Source: Eubacteriales bacterium | GTDB lineage: Bacteria > Bacillota > Clostridia > Saccharofermentanales > UBA5734 | Direction of reading: 5' to 3' | DNA: 18,775 nt | Assembly (NCBI GenBank): GCA_028685755.1 | Contig: JAQUDJ010000009.1 | Span: 49,774-68,548 of the forward strand | Shown here: piece by piece, positions 16,386 to 18,775 of the stretch | Layout: each line of letters opens with the position of its first letter | Position numbering within the stretch: the first letter of the stretch is position 1 | Translations under genes and position numbers: made by a program | The notes under the pieces: generated by a model | Told to the model about the DNA's origin: nothing | The model's database searches: none | What the model saw: the letters and a program-made list of their open reading frames with translations, nothing else

Positions 16386-17348
16386 TTACAGGTCTTTGAC
16401 TTCATTGATGATTGAGCGAACGGCGTTAGCTGAAGCTTTCATCAATTCCTTTTCGCCTGCAGTGAGATTAATTTCCAGAACTTGTTCAACACCGTTCTTG
16501 GAAATGATTGACGGAACATTGATAACCACATCAGATTCGCCGTATTCGCCGTTTAGAACAGTACCAACGGTGCGGATCGTGCTGGTGCCCTTGAGGATTG
16601 ATTCACAAATCGTATTGACTGCGATTGCGATACCATAGAACGTGGCGCCCTTACGTTTAATGATCTCAGCACCAGCTGTTTTGGTTTTTGTGATAATTTC
16701 AGTCTTTTCGTCTTCAGTAAAGGTAATACCAGCTGTCTTGCAGTACTCGTCAATTTCGAGACCAGCAATGTTCGTGGCACTCCAGGCCGGGAACTGAGAA
16801 TCGCCATGTTCGCCAACCATGTAACCATGGATGTTACGGACATCGACATCGAGCTTTTCACTCAGGAGATAACGGAAACGAGCACTATCAAGCACTGTAC
16901 CGGAACCTATGACGCGACCCTTCGGTAGCCCCGACCATTTGGAAATCATATAGGTCATTACGTCAACAGGGTTCGAAACCACGAGGATAACACCGCCGTT
17001 GTAATACTTCATGATGCTTTCTGTGATCATTTTGCCCAAAGAGACATTCTTTTTGGCTAGATCAAGACGGGTTTCGCCAGGTTTGCGCGGAATACCTGCG
17101 GTGACAACGATGACATCGCAATCGACAACATCGCTATAATCGCCGGATTTGATTTCCATCTGACCAAGGAATGGTAGACCGTGGTTGATATCCATCGCTT
17201 CGCCTTCAGCTTTATCAGCATTGACGTCGATAATCACAAGTTCGCTTGCAAGCTGTTTAATGGATGCGGCGTAGGCGATCGAAGCGCCAACTGATCCTGC
17301 GCCGATGATGGCGATTTTGCTTCCGGATTTTTTTGCTAAATTACTCAT
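16386..17348 (-). CDS. ldh: L-lactate dehydrogenase
   Basis: 320 aa. Rossmann motif KIAIIGAGSVGAS, VIVVTAGIPRKPGETRLDL, substrate Arg in DSARFR, catalytic His in GEHGDS. Start re-called to ATG at comp. 17346-17348 (MSNLAKK...). The ORF-track TTG at 17363 lies within the GGGGGA ribosome-binding site. Confidence 0.93.
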   Translation of the reverse strand: MSNLAKKSGSKIAIIGAGSVGASIAYAASIKQLASELVIIDVNADKAEGEAMDINHGLPFLGQMEIKSGDYSDVVDCDVIVVTAGIPRKPGETRLDLAKKNVSLGKMITESIMKYYNGGVILVVSNPVDVMTYMISKWSGLPKGRVIGSGTVLDSARFRYLLSEKLDVDVRNIHGYMVGEHGDSQFPAWSATNIAGLEIDEYCKTAGITFTEDEKTEIITKTKTAGAEIIKRKGATFYGIAIAVNTICESILKGTSTIRTVGTVLNGEYGESDVVINVPSIISKNGVEQVLEINLTAGEKELMKASANAVRSIINEVKDL

Positions 17349-17416
17349 AAGTGTTTCCCCCAAATATAGTAAGCCAAAAATTGGTTCAGCTTATTTTAGT
17401 CCGGATCATTTGGGAA

Positions 17417-17430
17417 TACAAGCGTTTACG
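17417..17430. promoter_or_regulatory. cre-like (CcpA-type) imperfect palindrome in the ldh/adh divergent region
   Basis: TACAAGCGTTTACG compared with the cre consensus TGWAANCGNTNWCA: the central AAGCGTTTAC core fits, with 3 mismatches at the flanks. It overlaps a possible minus-strand ldh promoter: -35 TTGTAT at comp. 17416-17421, 17-nt spacer, -10 TAAAAT at comp. 17393-17398. Motif-only call. Confidence 0.3.
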
Positions 17431-17436
17431 GAAAGC

Positions 17437-17459
17437 TAAAATCCGATAAAATCCGATAA
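17437..17459. repeat. Perfect 10-bp tandem direct repeat, 2.3 copies (TAAAATCCGA TAAAATCCGA TAA)
   Basis: Read directly from the sequence: 17437-17446 equals 17447-17456, followed by a partial third unit. It lies in the 239-bp intergenic region between the divergent ldh and alcohol dehydrogenase genes. Confidence 0.7.
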
Positions 17460-17587
17460 GTTGCGGTGATTTTGCCAGACACGCAACCAAATCCACTGAC
17501 ACAAGCCATGGGTATCATCTGAAACAACGTTTTACCGCTGAAGGTGCTATGCTAATACTGTATTAAGAATAACTGCGAGGTAGATCC

Positions 17588-18775
17588 ATGAAAGATTTTG
17601 TTTTCTGTAGCCCCACAACTTTTATCTTCGGTCGTGACACCGAAAAGCAAGTCGGTGATTATTGCCAAAAATTCAAAAAATCCAAAGTTTTGATTCATTA
17701 CGGTGGAGGCTCGGTTATCCGCAGTGGTCTGCTTGATCGGATCAAAGGCTCACTTGACCGCGCCCAAGTTGCTTGGGTCGAGCTCGGTGGCGTCAAACCT
17801 AACCCACGCGCAAGCCTTGTTTATGAAGGCATAAAACTAGGTCGCACCGAACAAGTTGATCTCATTTTAGCCGTGGGTGGTGGCAGCGCAATTGATTCTT
17901 CAAAAGCGATCGCTGCAGGCATTCCTTATATAGGCGATTTTTGGGACTTTTACGAAGGCAAAGCGCTTGTCCAGAATCCGATCGCAGTTGCGACTGTCTT
18001 GACTATCCCAGCAGCCGGCAGTGAGGGCTCCCCAGGTTCGGTTATCACACGTGAGGACGGATTGCTCAAACGGGCGGTCAACGATGAAAGTCTCAGACCG
18101 CTATTTTCGATTCTCAATCCTGAGCTTACTTACACGTTGCCCCCATTCCAAACTGCCTGCGGTGCAGCGGATATCATGTCCCATGTCTTTGAACGTTATT
18201 TAACCAATACAACAGACGTCGAATTTTCAGACCGTTTGTGCGAATCCGTCTTACGAACGATGGTGCAGGATACCCCGCGTGTTCTAGCCAAACCAGACGA
18301 TTATGGCCCGCGATCCAATATTATGTGGGCTGGAATGGTTGCCCACAATGATATCGTTGGCACCGATCGAGAGCAGGACTGGAGTAGCCACGATATCGAA
18401 CATGAACTGTCGGCGTTATATGATGTCGCCCACGGTGCTGGCCTTGCAGTCGTATTCCCCGCATTCATGCGCTTTACATTGCAACATGATGTCATGCGAT
18501 TCGCCCAACTAGCAGTTCGGGTTTGGAATTGTGAAATGGATTATGAGCATCCCGAGCGCACAGCAGCCGAGGGAATTGCCCGACTCACTGCCTTCTATCA
18601 CTCAATCGGATTGCCTACTACCTTTGAAGCGCTAGGGGCTCGCGTTGAAGATATCCCTGTGATGGCCCAAAAGCTCAATCTCACGAATGGCCGTAAGCTC
18701 GGATCGTTTAACCCCTTAACAACTCAAGACGTCGAAGCCATCTACCACTTAAGCCGCGCGAACGCCGCAAATTGA
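17588..18775 (+). CDS. Iron-containing (group III) alcohol dehydrogenase, butanol dehydrogenase / YqhD-like
   Basis: 395 aa. NAD(P)-binding motif AVGGGSAIDSSKAIA and metal-binding histidines in SHDIEHELSALYDVAHGAGLAVVFPA. GAGG Shine-Dalgarno 7 nt upstream. The stop codon TGA is the last triplet of the window. Confidence 0.9.
   Translation: MKDFVFCSPTTFIFGRDTEKQVGDYCQKFKKSKVLIHYGGGSVIRSGLLDRIKGSLDRAQVAWVELGGVKPNPRASLVYEGIKLGRTEQVDLILAVGGGSAIDSSKAIAAGIPYIGDFWDFYEGKALVQNPIAVATVLTIPAAGSEGSPGSVITREDGLLKRAVNDESLRPLFSILNPELTYTLPPFQTACGAADIMSHVFERYLTNTTDVEFSDRLCESVLRTMVQDTPRVLAKPDDYGPRSNIMWAGMVAHNDIVGTDREQDWSSHDIEHELSALYDVAHGAGLAVVFPAFMRFTLQHDVMRFAQLAVRVWNCEMDYEHPERTAAEGIARLTAFYHSIGLPTTFEALGARVEDIPVMAQKLNLTNGRKLGSFNPLTTQDVEAIYHLSRANAAN

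Noticed and set aside
17549-17566. 5-codon upstream ORF (MLILY*) ahead of the alcohol dehydrogenase gene
   Set aside because: The only purine-rich stretch (GAAGGTG) is 2 nt from the ATG, which is too close for initiation. No attenuator structure accompanies it, so this is likely chance.
17906-17913. GCGATCGC octamer (cyanobacterial HIP1-like)
   Set aside because: Only one full octamer occurs among 17 CGATCG sites. The gene content (veg, jag, Firmicute-type operons) is not cyanobacterial. I treat it as part of a general CGATCG bias, not as HIP1.
1-18775. Search for mobile elements, CRISPR arrays, toxin-antitoxin pairs, defence genes, tRNA/rRNA genes
   Set aside because: I saw no transposase, integrase or recombinase ORFs, no repeat-spacer arrays and no tRNA-like cloverleaf regions. 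All intergenic spacers are 240 bp or shorter and are explained by promoters and terminators. Every large ORF has a confident housekeeping or metabolic assignment.

Overview
This window looks like ordinary core chromosome from a Bacillota (Firmicutes)-type bacterium, roughly 50% GC by eye. I see no mobile element, CRISPR array, tRNA/rRNA gene or defence/accessory island, and nothing I can defend as a novel multi-gene system.

The left third is on the minus strand. It holds a partial CPA2 cation:proton antiporter, a membrane-anchored PAS-GGDEF diguanylate cyclase, an MFS transporter abutting the stop of formate-tetrahydrofolate ligase (fhs), and fhs itself.

The centre is one plus-strand run: veg, ispE, then the classic origin-proximal cluster rpmH-rnpA-yidD-yidC-jag-mnmE-mnmG-rsmG, followed directly by a stand-alone gyrA. 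rpmH (44 aa) is absent from the ORF track because it is too short.

The right end has a convergent L-lactate dehydrogenase (minus strand) and a divergent iron-containing alcohol dehydrogenase (plus strand).

Several ORF-track starts are over-extended. I re-called the starts of fhs, the MFS gene, yidC, mnmE, rsmG and ldh from Shine-Dalgarno position and N-terminal family conservation.

The points worth a second look are all modest:
- The rpmH-rsmG cluster is detached from dnaA/dnaN and parAB, and I found no DnaA-box cluster.
- gyrA is solitary, has a 30-aa N-terminal extension, its own extended -10 promoter, and Ala at the Ser83-equivalent quinolone-resistance position.
- MnmE is enlarged and has GKED where the NKxD G4 motif is expected.
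- Two palindromes sharing one hexamer lie in the fhs/veg divergent promoter region.
- A 10-bp tandem repeat and a cre-like site lie in the ldh/adh divergent region.
- A strong terminator sits in front of ispE with no visible promoter after it.
- A 9-bp direct repeat brackets the gyrA/ldh terminator.
- The hexamer CGATCG is about 3.7-fold over-represented.
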